This document shows, piece after piece, positions 8,099 through 17,553 of a stretch of 64,000 nt of DNA. Position numbers and translations under genes: made by a program. The stretch covers positions 107,485 through 171,484 of the forward strand of contig JBEKZM010000001.1 of NCBI GenBank assembly GCA_049509875.1, given 5' to 3'. The DNA comes from Verrucomicrobiota bacterium. GTDB lineage: Bacteria > Verrucomicrobiota > Verrucomicrobiia > Limisphaerales > UBA11358. How positions within the stretch are numbered: position 1 is the first letter of the stretch; every line of letters starts with the position of its first letter. Under the pieces are notes generated by a model, which saw only the letters and a list, made by a program, of their open reading frames with translations, was not told the origin of the DNA and did no database searches.

Positions 8099-9007
8099 AT
8101 GGCAAAGTTGATCATCGAGGCCGGCCGCGGCGAACGCCAATACTGGCGCGACTTGTGGCGCTACCGCGAGCTGTTCGCCTTTCTCGCCTGGCGCGATTTG
8201 CTCATTCGCTACAAGCAGACCGCCGTGGGCGTGGCGTGGGCCGTGCTGCGCCCGTTTCTCACCATGCTCGTGCTGACGCTGGTCATGAAAGTCACCAAGC
8301 TGGAAGGCGACAAAGTCTCGCCGATCCCGTTGTTCGTGTTTTGCGCCATGCTGCCCTGGCAGTTCTTTTCCACCGCCCTCTCCGAAAGCGGCACCAGCCT
8401 GATCACCAATTCGAATCTCATTTCCAAGGTTTATTTTCCCCGGCTGGTGGTGCCGGCCAGCAGCGTCATCACCAGCTTCGTGGATTTTTTGATCGCCGGG
8501 GCCTTCATGGTTTTCCTGATGCTCGTCTATTGGCTGATGGCCCTCTATCGGTTCCCGCCGCCCGGCCACCTGCTCGCGCTGCCCATCTTCATGCTGCTGA
8601 CCTTCGGCGCGTCGTTTGGCGTGGGATTGTGGATTGCGGCGCTGATGGTGAAATATCGCGATTTCCGGTTCGTGGTGCCCTTTATCGTGCAATTCGGACT
8701 CTACGCCGCCCCGGTGTTTGCCATGACCGCCAATATTCCGGACCGACTCCCGGCGACGCTTCCGGAGAAATGGCACTGGCTCCAGTGGGTGAGCCCGGCC
8801 CTGCTGGACTGGGTCAATCCCCGGCTGATCTATTCCTTGAATCCGGTCGTGGGGATCATCGACGGCTTTCGCTGGTGCCTGCTGGGCGGACCGAACGCGC
8901 TATACTGGCCGGGCCAGGCCGCCTCGCTGGCCGGCGTGGCGGTGCTGATATTCACCGGCCTCTGGTATTTCCGCAAAACCGAGCGCTCCTTTGCCGACAT
9001 CATCTGA
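8099..9007 (+). CDS. wzm: ABC transporter permease for polysaccharide export
   Basis: DLWRYRELFAFLAWRDLLIRYKQTAVGVAWAVLRP, NSNLISKVYFPRLV, KYRDFRFVVPF, LNPVVGIIDGFRW. Confidence 0.95.
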   Translation: MAKLIIEAGRGERQYWRDLWRYRELFAFLAWRDLLIRYKQTAVGVAWAVLRPFLTMLVLTLVMKVTKLEGDKVSPIPLFVFCAMLPWQFFSTALSESGTSLITNSNLISKVYFPRLVVPASSVITSFVDFLIAGAFMVFLMLVYWLMALYRFPPPGHLLALPIFMLLTFGASFGVGLWIAALMVKYRDFRFVVPFIVQFGLYAAPVFAMTANIPDRLPATLPEKWHWLQWVSPALLDWVNPRLIYSLNPVVGIIDGFRWCLLGGPNALYWPGQAASLAGVAVLIFTGLWYFRKTERSFADII

Positions 9008-9022
9008 GCCAATGACGTTATC

Positions 9023-10294
9023 GTGAGCGAACCGATCATCACCGTTGAGCATCTTTCCAAGCGCTATGTGCTGGGCCATCAGCTCAAGCGGGACGACGGC
9101 CTGCGGCATGCGCTCGAGCATCTGCTCCAGGCCCCGGCCAAATGGATGCACGAGCGGAAGGAACGCCGGCAGGCGGCCCGCGAAGAATTCTGGGCGCTCA
9201 ACGACGTCTCGTTCGAAATTCAACCCGGCGAAGTCGTGGGCATCATTGGACGAAATGGCGCCGGCAAATCCACGCTGCTCAAGATCCTCAGCCGGATCAC
9301 CGAGCCCACGGCGGGCCGGGTTACGATTGATGGCCGGGTGGCCAGCCTGCTGGAAGTGGGCACGGGCTTCCACAATGAACTGACCGGCCGCGAGAATATT
9401 TTCCTGAACGGCGCCATTCTGGGGATGAGCCGCGGGGAAATTAAGCGGAAATTCGAGGAAATTGTGGCGTTCTCGGAAGTCGAGAAATTCCTGGATACGC
9501 CGGTGAAACGGTATTCCAGCGGGATGTACGTGCGGCTGGCTTTCGCGGTCGCCGCCCACCTGGAGCCGGAGGTGCTCATTGTGGACGAAGTGCTGGCGGT
9601 GGGGGACGCCGCCTTTCAGCAGAAATGCATCGGAAAGATGAAAGATGTCAGCCAAGGCGGGCGAACGGTGCTGTTTGTGAGTCACAACATGCAAGCCGTG
9701 GTGACCCTGTGCCAGAGAGCCGTCTGGCTGCAGGGCGGAAGGGTCTGCGCCACCGGACCGGCCAGGAGTCTGGTCGAAGAGTACATTCAGAAAAACGCCG
9801 TCAGCGGGCCGGACCCGAACGTCCCGCTGATCGACCGGCCGCGCGCCGGCACCGGCGCGGCCAAATTCACCAAACTGACCGTGGTTCCGCTCGATGACGC
9901 CGGGCAGGAGTGCGACCACATCGTTACGGGCACGGGCGTCCGCATCGACCTCGAGATCCGCGCCGAAGGCCAGCTCCGGGAGGCGAACGTGGCGGTGACG
10001 CTCTATGACACGAACAATTATCGCCTGATTGACGTCAATACGGCCTTGAAGGGAGAATTCCTCTCGCTGGCGCCGGGAGAAAGAGCGACGGTGAGCTTTG
10101 TGATAGACGAACTGCTGCTCAAGCCGGGGCGCTATGTTGTGGAACTCTGGCTGGGCCGCGGCGGCATCGAAGATACGGACTTCATCCGGGAAGCGGGCGT
10201 GATCGAAGTCCATGACAACGTCAACCAGGCCAATCACACGGAAACCTTCCCGGGAATTTACCAATGCCGTTTTTCCCATCGGATTGCCAGATGA
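9023..10294 (+). CDS. wzt: ABC transporter ATP-binding protein with C-terminal carbohydrate-binding extension
   Basis: Walker A GRNGAGKSTLLK, YSSGMYVRLAF, DEVLAVGD, VSHN; about 170-aa C-terminal extension; GTG start. Confidence 0.95.
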   Translation: MSEPIITVEHLSKRYVLGHQLKRDDGLRHALEHLLQAPAKWMHERKERRQAAREEFWALNDVSFEIQPGEVVGIIGRNGAGKSTLLKILSRITEPTAGRVTIDGRVASLLEVGTGFHNELTGRENIFLNGAILGMSRGEIKRKFEEIVAFSEVEKFLDTPVKRYSSGMYVRLAFAVAAHLEPEVLIVDEVLAVGDAAFQQKCIGKMKDVSQGGRTVLFVSHNMQAVVTLCQRAVWLQGGRVCATGPARSLVEEYIQKNAVSGPDPNVPLIDRPRAGTGAAKFTKLTVVPLDDAGQECDHIVTGTGVRIDLEIRAEGQLREANVAVTLYDTNNYRLIDVNTALKGEFLSLAPGERATVSFVIDELLLKPGRYVVELWLGRGGIEDTDFIREAGVIEVHDNVNQANHTETFPGIYQCRFSHRIAR

Positions 10295-10298
10295 CGCC

Positions 10299-11111
10299 AT
10301 GCCAAACGTTCTACGCCAATTGAAACAGGCCGTTCACCGGGCCACCGCGCCGGGCTTGACGCCCGAGCTGAGCGAGCGCTACCGGCTGGCGGCGCTGCCG
10401 CGCTATGTCGAAACCGTCACGGAGCTGCCCGGCTTCCCCTTTCGTATTCCCGACGGTCCCTCGTTTGTCGCCAGTTGGGCGGAAATTTTCGAGCGGGAGA
10501 TTTACAATTTCAAGGCTGGCGCCGGCCCGGTGCGCATTTTGGATTGTGGCGCCAATGTGGGTGTCAGTTGCCTGTATTTTCACCGGCGGTTTCCCGGCGC
10601 CAGAATCACGGCCTTTGAACCGGATCCAAAAATCTTCACTTACCTGCAAACCAACCTGGCCCGGGCCGGCTGCCGGAACATTGAACTGGTGGCCAAAGCC
10701 GTCTGGTCGTCGGCCGCCACGCTCCCGTTTCGGCAAGAGGGCGCCGACGCCGGGCGGGTCGCTTCGGAGTCCGGGCAGAAGGTCGTGGAAATACCTGCCG
10801 TCCGGCTGCGCGATTATTTGGATGAGCCGGTGGATTTTCTGAAAATGGATATCGAAGGGGCGGAAACCGAGGTGATCCGGGACGTGGCCCCGTGTTTGCG
10901 GATGGTGCGGAACGCTTTTGTGGAATACCATTCCTTCGCCGGCCGGCCGCAAACGCTGGGCAGCCTGGTGCAGATCCTCGTGGACGCCGGCTTTCGGGTG
11001 CATGTGCACCCGATGCATGTTTCCCCGCATCCGTTCTTGGAGATCAGCAACCATTTGGGGATGGACATGCAGTTGAACCTCTTTGCCCGCCGGGAGCCGG
11101 CCGTCGTTTGA
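10299..11111 (+). CDS. FkbM-family methyltransferase
   Basis: ILDCGANVG, AFEPD, FLKMDIEGAE motifs; start chosen at ATG 10299. Confidence 0.9.
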   Translation: MPNVLRQLKQAVHRATAPGLTPELSERYRLAALPRYVETVTELPGFPFRIPDGPSFVASWAEIFEREIYNFKAGAGPVRILDCGANVGVSCLYFHRRFPGARITAFEPDPKIFTYLQTNLARAGCRNIELVAKAVWSSAATLPFRQEGADAGRVASESGQKVVEIPAVRLRDYLDEPVDFLKMDIEGAETEVIRDVAPCLRMVRNAFVEYHSFAGRPQTLGSLVQILVDAGFRVHVHPMHVSPHPFLEISNHLGMDMQLNLFARREPAVV

Positions 11112-11118
11112 TGGCGTT

Positions 11119-12318
11119 ATGAATGAGGCTGATCCACGCGGCGAAAAAAAGATTCTCTTTCTGGGCCACTCGGCTTCGCGCTCGGGCGCTCCGCTGGTCC
11201 TGCTGCACTGGTTGAAGTGGTTCAAGCAAAACGCCGGAATGTCGTTTGAGATTTTGTTGAAGGAAGGCGGACCCCTCGAAGGGGATTTCGCCGCCCTGGC
11301 CCCGACCACGGTGCTGCGGCGGTCGCGCTTCGAAACGATTCTGAACAACCTATGCCATCGCCTGCGCTGCAGCCCCCCCGCCAAATTCACGTTGTCGGCG
11401 AAGGCATTGGAATTTGCGCGGGGTCGAAAAGTGCGCCTGATCCATGCCAACACCGTGGCGGTGGCCGAAGAAGTGGCGGTGCTGGCCGGGCTCAAGCTGC
11501 CGATCGTCTGGCATGTCCACGAAATGCCCTTCGCGATCAACTGTTTCCAGGGCGGCAGGCCATTTGCGGAGGCCAGCCGATTCGCCACGGCGTTCATTGC
11601 GGCCTCCGAGGGCGTCCGACAAGGCCTGGTGGATGGCGGCTCGATCCCAGCGGCGAAAATAACCGTCATTCGCGAATTCATCCCCTGGATCGAGACGAGC
11701 CCCGAGGCCAGGCTGGCGCAGCGCGTGCGCGTGCGGAAAGAACTTGCGCTGCCCGCGCAGGCCTTTGTGGCGGGAATGTGCGGCACCGTCGAGTGGCGCA
11801 AAGGCGCGGATTTATTCGTCGGCGCGGCCCGACAATGCCGGGCGGAATTTCCCGGCCGAAATATTTATTTTTTGTGGGTGGGTGCGCCGGACCACGCGCT
11901 GACGCAAAGGCAGGTTGACCACGACCTGCGCCTGGCAGGATTGACCGATACGGTAAGGTTTATCGGGGGCAAATCGGACAGCCTGCCTTACCTGGCGGCG
12001 ATGGACGTGTTTGCGCTGACGTCACGCGAAGATCCATTTCCGCTGGCGATGCTCGAGGCGGCCGCGCTGGGCCTGCCCATCGTCTGCTTCAGCCGCAGCG
12101 GCGGCGGGCCCGAGTTCGTGGCAGGCGACGCCGGCGTGATCGTGGAATATGCGGACTCGCTGGCCCTGGCGCGGGCCCTGGCTCGTTTGAGCGGGGAGCC
12201 GGCGTTGTGCCGGCAGCTCGGAGACGCGGGACGCGCGAAAGTGCGCGACCATTATACGGTGGAAAAGCAGGCCCCAAAAATTTTGCAGTTTCTGGGAGAG
12301 ACCGGCCGCCTGAAATGA
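11119..12318 (+). CDS. Glycosyltransferase family 4
   Basis: HSASRSGAPLVLL, WHVHE, WRKGADLF, SREDPFPLAMLEAA motifs. Confidence 0.9.
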   Translation: MNEADPRGEKKILFLGHSASRSGAPLVLLHWLKWFKQNAGMSFEILLKEGGPLEGDFAALAPTTVLRRSRFETILNNLCHRLRCSPPAKFTLSAKALEFARGRKVRLIHANTVAVAEEVAVLAGLKLPIVWHVHEMPFAINCFQGGRPFAEASRFATAFIAASEGVRQGLVDGGSIPAAKITVIREFIPWIETSPEARLAQRVRVRKELALPAQAFVAGMCGTVEWRKGADLFVGAARQCRAEFPGRNIYFLWVGAPDHALTQRQVDHDLRLAGLTDTVRFIGGKSDSLPYLAAMDVFALTSREDPFPLAMLEAAALGLPIVCFSRSGGGPEFVAGDAGVIVEYADSLALARALARLSGEPALCRQLGDAGRAKVRDHYTVEKQAPKILQFLGETGRLK

Positions 12319-13154
12319 AGCGCCTGGCAATATACGCCCATTATGGCCCACGCCCGCAGGTGGCGGGCCATGTCTTATATTGCGTGCAGCATCTTGCAGA
12401 GCTGGGGTTTGAGGTTTGTTTCGTCTCCAATTCGGAACTTTCGCCCGAGAGCGTCGGGCGGCTCAAACAATCGTGCGCGCGGGTGATCGTGCGCGAAAAC
12501 ACCGGCCTGGATTTTGGCATGTGGCAGCGCGGCCTGGCGGAATATGACCCAGCGCAACTCGGGGAACTTTTGCTGACCAACTCCAGCATCATCGGGCCGC
12601 TGCAACCGCTCGGCGCACTCTGGCAGAATCAAGCCGGCGCCGACTGCGATTTTTGGGGGCTGACGGACAATGACGAGTTCAAGCCGCATCTGTCCAGCTA
12701 CTTCCTGGTCTTCCGGCAGCCGGTGTTGCACAGCGCGCGCTTTCGCGATTTCTGGCGGACGATATTACCCTATCAAAACAAGTTCCAGGTGGTTTTCAGT
12801 TACGAGCTCGGGTTGAGCAACTGGCTGGAGGAGGGCGGATTCCGGTGGCGGGCGGCGTTTCCCCAGCAGCAGGTCATCGCGGCGCATCGCTCCGGGCGCG
12901 GTTTTTGGGGCCGCTGTCTGGACCGCTGTCAGGCGCTCAGCCATCTCCACCGCAACCGCGAGCTGCCGCCGCGAAACACCACCCTGGTTTATCCGGACGT
13001 CCTGCTGCAACACGGCATGCCGTTCTTAAAAGTCTCCCTGCTCCAGCAAAGCTCCCTGCGCATCACGCCGCCGGCCGCCTTTTCGCTGTTGGAAAAATTC
13101 AACCTGCCGCCGGAGATTTTGCAGGAACTGCGCCGGACTTTTCCCGCTTCCTGA
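12315..13154 (+). CDS. Rhamnan synthesis protein F (RgpF)-like
   Basis: RENTGLDFGMW, LLLTNSSIIGP, DFWGLT..PHLSSYFLVF, YELGLS, GMPFLK; ATGA overlap at 12315. Confidence 0.8.
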   Translation: MKRLAIYAHYGPRPQVAGHVLYCVQHLAELGFEVCFVSNSELSPESVGRLKQSCARVIVRENTGLDFGMWQRGLAEYDPAQLGELLLTNSSIIGPLQPLGALWQNQAGADCDFWGLTDNDEFKPHLSSYFLVFRQPVLHSARFRDFWRTILPYQNKFQVVFSYELGLSNWLEEGGFRWRAAFPQQQVIAAHRSGRGFWGRCLDRCQALSHLHRNRELPPRNTTLVYPDVLLQHGMPFLKVSLLQQSSLRITPPAAFSLLEKFNLPPEILQELRRTFPAS

Positions 13155-13215
13155 CCGCCCGACATCGTGATAAAAAATCATCACAAGCAATGCCAGATGG
13201 AGTAAGCTGCCGCCC

Positions 13216-14220
13216 ATGGACGCCACCAATTACGATCCCTTGCCAGGCGCCGGCAGCCGGCCTTGTCTCTGGTCCGTCATGATCCCGACCTATAATCCCA
13301 AGGCGGAGTATCTGGAGGAGACTTTGCGGAGCGTGCTCGCGCAGGATCCCGGCGCCGACTTGATGCAAATCGAGGTGGTGGACGATGGTTCTCCCCAGGG
13401 CGCCCCGGGCGGGCTGGTCCGGCGCGTCGCCGGGAGTCGCGCAACCGTCCACCGCGAAAAAGAAAATCTCGGCCTGGCTGGAATTTGGAACCGCTGCATC
13501 GAACGCGCCCGCGGAAAGTGGATCCATATCCTGCACCAGGACGATCTGGTGCAGCCCGGGTTTTACGAAATGCTGAAAGCGGGCATGGAATCCCCCGCCG
13601 CCCCCGGCTTGTTGTTCTGCCGCCAGATCTTCATCAATGAAAGCGGCCGGGAAATCAGGCGGTCGGACTCGGAAGCCAAAACGGCCGGGTGCCTGCCCGA
13701 CGCCCTGCCCCGGCTGGTGCAAGCCCAGGCCATTCAGACGCCGTCGGTGATGGTGCGCCGTTCCGTTTATGAAGCGGTGGGCGGATTCAGGGCGGACTTG
13801 TGCTTTACCCTGGATTGGGAAATGTGGTGCCGCATCGCCCGGCAATTTCCCATCTGGTACGAGCCCGAGGCGCTGGCCTGTTATCGCGTCCATGGCGGCG
13901 CGGAGACCTCGCGATTGACGCTCACGGGCCGGGACGTGGAGGATGTCCGCAAATGCATCGAAATCATCAGCGGCTACGTGCCGGATCCAGCGCTGCGCGC
14001 CAAACTGCGGCGGCAGGCGCTGCGGCGGTCGGCGATGTTCGCGGTCAAAAACGCCGAATCGCTGGTCCAGGCCGGCCGGCGGGCGGCCGCCTGGCGCCAG
14101 ATGACCGGGGCGCTCCAATGCGATTGGTCGCCGCGCGTTTTGAAAAACGTCCTGACGCTGCTGCCGGCCGCCGCCGGCGTGGTGAAAAGCAAGAAAACGC
14201 CGCCCCCATCCTGCCGTTGA
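13216..14220 (+). CDS. Glycosyltransferase family 2
   Basis: SVMIPTYN, EVVDDGS, WNRCIERARG, LHQDD, DWEMW motifs. Confidence 0.9.
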   Translation: MDATNYDPLPGAGSRPCLWSVMIPTYNPKAEYLEETLRSVLAQDPGADLMQIEVVDDGSPQGAPGGLVRRVAGSRATVHREKENLGLAGIWNRCIERARGKWIHILHQDDLVQPGFYEMLKAGMESPAAPGLLFCRQIFINESGREIRRSDSEAKTAGCLPDALPRLVQAQAIQTPSVMVRRSVYEAVGGFRADLCFTLDWEMWCRIARQFPIWYEPEALACYRVHGGAETSRLTLTGRDVEDVRKCIEIISGYVPDPALRAKLRRQALRRSAMFAVKNAESLVQAGRRAAAWRQMTGALQCDWSPRVLKNVLTLLPAAAGVVKSKKTPPPSCR

Positions 14221-14224
14221 AGCC

Positions 14225-15214
14225 ATGAGCAACGAAACGAGCACGAGTTCGCCGGAAATTTCCGTCATCATCTGCACTCATAAGCCACGATCGGAGTATC
14301 TCCGGCGCACGCTGGCGGCACTCGAGGCGCAGACCCTGCCCAAGTGCCAGTGGGAGCTTTTGCTCGTGGACAACGCCTCCCAGCCGGCCGTGGCCCAGGA
14401 ACACGACCTGTCCTGGCATCCGCTGGGGAGGCATCTGATCGAACCCAGATTGGGGCTCACCCCGGCCCGCCTGCGCGGCATCGCCGAGTCCCGCGGGCCG
14501 TGGCTGGTATTTGTCGATGACGACAATTTGCTGGCCGCGGACTATTTGAGCCGGGTCCTGACCGTGGCCGCCGGCCATCCGCGGCTCGGGGTATTTGGGG
14601 CGGGGATATTGCAACCGGAATTTGAAACGCCGCCGCCGGCCGGGCTGGAGCATTTGTTCCCGCTCCTGGCGCTCCGGGACGTGAAATCACCCCGGCGCAG
14701 CGGCGATCCCAGGAACGCGGAGAGCCTGCCGTGCGGCGCCGGCTTATGCGTGCGCCGGGAGACTGCCCGCCAATTCGCCGCCCTGGTTGACCGGCTGAAG
14801 AGCTGCGTGGTCCTCGGCCGGAAAGGCGGCGAATTGTTTTCCCACGAGGATGATCTTTTTTCCTGGGCCGCCGCCGGGCAGGGCCTGGAATTCGGAGTCT
14901 TTCCGGAACTGCGCATCACCCACCTCATCTCCGCCGGCCGGCTGAACCAGGCGTATTTTCTGCGCCTCATCTATTATCACACTTTTTCGCATTGGATTTT
15001 GCATTACCTCCTGGCCGGCGAGACGCCCCGGCGGGCGGGCTGGCTGCGCCGTCTGCGCCTGGCGCCGCACGCCCTGCGAAACGGCATTTTTTCCGCCCGC
15101 TGCCAGTGGCAATGGGCGCAGGGCGAGGATCGCGCCGCCCGTTTCATTGTGGCCAACAGCCTGTCGCCGCTGCCTCAAGCCGGCGGCCAGCGGCCCGTTA
15201 TTGCCCATTCGTAA
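14225..15214 (+). CDS. Glycosyltransferase family 2
   Basis: SVIICTH, LLVDNAS, GLTPARLRG, FVDDDN, EDD motifs. Confidence 0.9.
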   Translation: MSNETSTSSPEISVIICTHKPRSEYLRRTLAALEAQTLPKCQWELLLVDNASQPAVAQEHDLSWHPLGRHLIEPRLGLTPARLRGIAESRGPWLVFVDDDNLLAADYLSRVLTVAAGHPRLGVFGAGILQPEFETPPPAGLEHLFPLLALRDVKSPRRSGDPRNAESLPCGAGLCVRRETARQFAALVDRLKSCVVLGRKGGELFSHEDDLFSWAAAGQGLEFGVFPELRITHLISAGRLNQAYFLRLIYYHTFSHWILHYLLAGETPRRAGWLRRLRLAPHALRNGIFSARCQWQWAQGEDRAARFIVANSLSPLPQAGGQRPVIAHS

Positions 15215-15907
15215 ATGGAGACCATGCCCGCGGACCGCAAATTATTGGGCTGCCTGACCCGGCGGGAACGCTGGGGTTTATCCGGCCGCGGCTGGCTGGC
15301 CATCCTGCTGTCGGTGGCGCTCGCGGGTGGCGCGTGGGCGCGATTCGTTCATCCATTTCTGGCGCAAACCCGCCGCGTGGAAACAAGGATCCTGGTGGTG
15401 GAGGGCTGGGTGCCCCTCTACGTGGCGCAGGCGGCGCTTTCGGAATTCCGCGCCGGCCATTACGAAAAAATTTACACGACCGGCGGACCCATCGTCGGGA
15501 ATGGCGGCTATAGCAACGACTTCAACACCTACGCGAGTGTCGGCGCGGAGGACCTCGGCAAGGTCGGCCTGCCGGCCCGGTTCATCCAGATGGTGCCCTG
15601 CCATGTCAGCGGCCGCGATCGCACTTACAGTTCCGCGCTCGCCCTGCGCGAGTATTTTCGAACCAACGGCATCACCGCCGGCGCCTTCAACGTCCTGACC
15701 GAGGACGCCCACGCGCGCCGCACCCGGGCCTTGTTCCAGGCCGCCTTCGGCGCGCAGGCGGACGTCGGCGTGATCTCGGTGCCGGATCCCGACTACGATC
15801 CGGCGCGCTGGTGGCGCTACAGCGCCGGCGTGCGCGAAGTGCTGGGCGAAAGCATCGCCTGGTCGTACGCCACCTTTTTGTTTCACCCGCCGCAACCCAA
15901 ATCCTGA
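15215..15907 (+). CDS. DUF218/YdcF (ElyC/SanA-like) membrane-anchored protein
   Basis: N-terminal TM helix, LVVEGW, TTGGP, RTYSSA, TEDAHARRT. Confidence 0.75.
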   Translation: METMPADRKLLGCLTRRERWGLSGRGWLAILLSVALAGGAWARFVHPFLAQTRRVETRILVVEGWVPLYVAQAALSEFRAGHYEKIYTTGGPIVGNGGYSNDFNTYASVGAEDLGKVGLPARFIQMVPCHVSGRDRTYSSALALREYFRTNGITAGAFNVLTEDAHARRTRALFQAAFGAQADVGVISVPDPDYDPARWWRYSAGVREVLGESIAWSYATFLFHPPQPKS

Positions 15908-16005
15908 AAGGATTGAATCAGCCAGCCCGGCGTTGCCGCGACGGTGGAGCGGCTACGCCGGGTCACCGCCCCGCGCCGACCACAACGCTGAATTCGTTGG
16001 ATCAG
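15905..16005. repeat. Degenerate REP-like element
   Basis: ctgaaaggattgaatc...cccggcgttgccg...cggctacgccggg...caacgctgaattcgttggatc; internal inverted arms; intergenic. Confidence 0.4.
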
Positions 16006-16137
16006 TCCCCCGGGGCTGTCTGCTCGGCGCAACGCCGCCCAGCGCCCATAAGTTCGTTGGCCACAAAAACGCGCAAGTGGCACAAGCACATTCATTCAAC
16101 CAAAGAATTGGAACCGCGAAATGACTTCAGGGATGGG

Positions 16138-16311
16138 TCAATGAGTCATCGAAAATTGGCTCTTCATTCTGGATTTGCGGCGTGGCAGGATTGAGTCATG
16201 ACAACCAATTTCCACCTTGTCATGGATCGGGCGCGGCGTAAGCCTTCGGCACAGGCCAGCGTAATCCTTGGGCAGGCGCACAAATTCGATTTTCGTCTGT
16301 GTCGTTTTCAT
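16138..16311 (-). pseudogene. Truncated HigA-like antitoxin N-terminal fragment
   Basis: Manual translation MKTTQTKIEFVRLPKDYAGLCRRLTPRPIHDKVE then unrelated tail; SD-like AAGGAAAG upstream; PRPI motif recalled for HigA N-termini; no HTH half. Confidence 0.5.
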
Positions 16312-16365
16312 AATGTTTCTTTCCTTGTGTATTCATTCGCCGGGTTTGTCAAACACGATTAACAC

Positions 16366-17270
16366 CGGCATCTGGCATCCGGCAATCCGCAATCCGCAAT
16401 CCGCACTCAATTAATCCATGGATCCAATAATCCACCAATCCCAATTCCCCCGCCGGCATCCGACAATCGGCACGCGTCCGTCATTTTAAGACTAATTTTG
16501 AAATATTCTGTCGCTAAAACGTCAAAAAGTATGGATATTATGCTTATGTTAAGATTGTTATGCACTAAAATAAAAAATCAATTTGTGTCACGTTTAGACT
16601 ATACATTTCCCCAGTTCATGGTAGAGTGGCGTCTGTGATGAACAAGCACAGTTCATGTTCAGGCCGCGCCACGAGCAAACGCCATGGGGGCGTGCCCGGC
16701 CCCAAGTATCCATGCGGCGCTTTGGATTGGTTTCGCAATCCGCACTCAGATGGTTCCGCACTCCTTGTCGCGCCAAAGCAAAGCCTAGGCGGACGCACTC
16801 CGAATTCCGCATTCAATTCCTCCGGGTATACATCCGGGTACATCCGGGTATATCCGGCCATAGAACCGATTATGCACAACAAAAAATGTCGCCGGAGACC
16901 ATGCCCGTGGCACCTGCACACCGGAGTCGCGTCTCGCCCCCGGCAATCGGCAATGGTAAATGAATGGAATTCGTGTGCATTCGTGTCAACGTCATTCGTC
17001 ACTCGTCAGGTGGCCCCATTCCGCACCCCGCACTCCGAAATCCGAATTGGAATGGTTCCGCATTGGAATGGTTCCGAAGTCCGCACTCGGATGAACAACC
17101 GGCTATATACGTATGAATACGGATATTTACGGATATTTTCGGCCCAAGTGCGCGGTCCGCGGTCCGCGGTCATTCATCGTTCGGCTATACTGGCCGCTGT
17201 GATGGACCAAACAGCCATCGGCTCTGCTAGCCATACGCCGGCGGGCTTGCCCCGCCGACTTGCCGCGCCG
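16366..17270. repeat. Cluster of short periodic (7-10 nt) tandem repeats and REP-like fragments
   Basis: gcaatcc x4 near 16380, atccannn octamers near 16415, atccgggta x3 near 16825, attggaatggttccg x2 (17046, 17062), attcgtgtgcattcgtg, tacggatatttacggata. Confidence 0.75.
17191..17268. repeat. Double-hairpin repeat element, copy 2
   Basis: tggccgctgtgatggaccaaacagccatc is 25/29 identical to 7859-7887; continues ...catacgccggcgggcttgcc...gacttgccgcgc. Confidence 0.65.
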
Positions 17271-17553
17271 GAGCGCAGCGCCGGCGGGAGCGTTACCGTG
17301 CAACGCGAAGGCGGGCCTGCCCTCCGGCTCGTCGCGTCGACCTGCCCGCCCAAGCCTTGGCGAAGGTGGAAGCCTCGTGAAGACGGAAGCCGTGGCGAAC
17401 GAAGGCGGATCACCGCCAAAAACTTTAACCAAATTAAACCAAATTAAACCAAAAAACGAAAAAGACCATGCCCTGAACCCAACCGGCAATCTCTGAAGCC
17501 TGAAATTTCAGCATTTCGATTTTTCCGCTTTTTTACTATGATTCAATAGCACC

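Noticed and set aside
16527-16554. dif-like site (TTATGTTAAGA resembles the XerD arm TTATGTTAAAT)
   Set aside because: The would-be XerC arm AAGTATGGATA lacks the ATAA inner motif and matches consensus poorly; the stretch is better explained by the AT-rich motif shared with 41780
16366-17270. Possible CRISPR array
   Set aside because: Repeat units are 7-16 nt and directly tandem, with no 30-40-nt unique spacers and no cas genes
16594-17496. ORFs of 70-273 aa in the repeat-rich spacer
   Set aside because: Translations are repeat-derived (RTPHSEIR-type), lack recognisable motifs and host codon bias, and overlap on both strands
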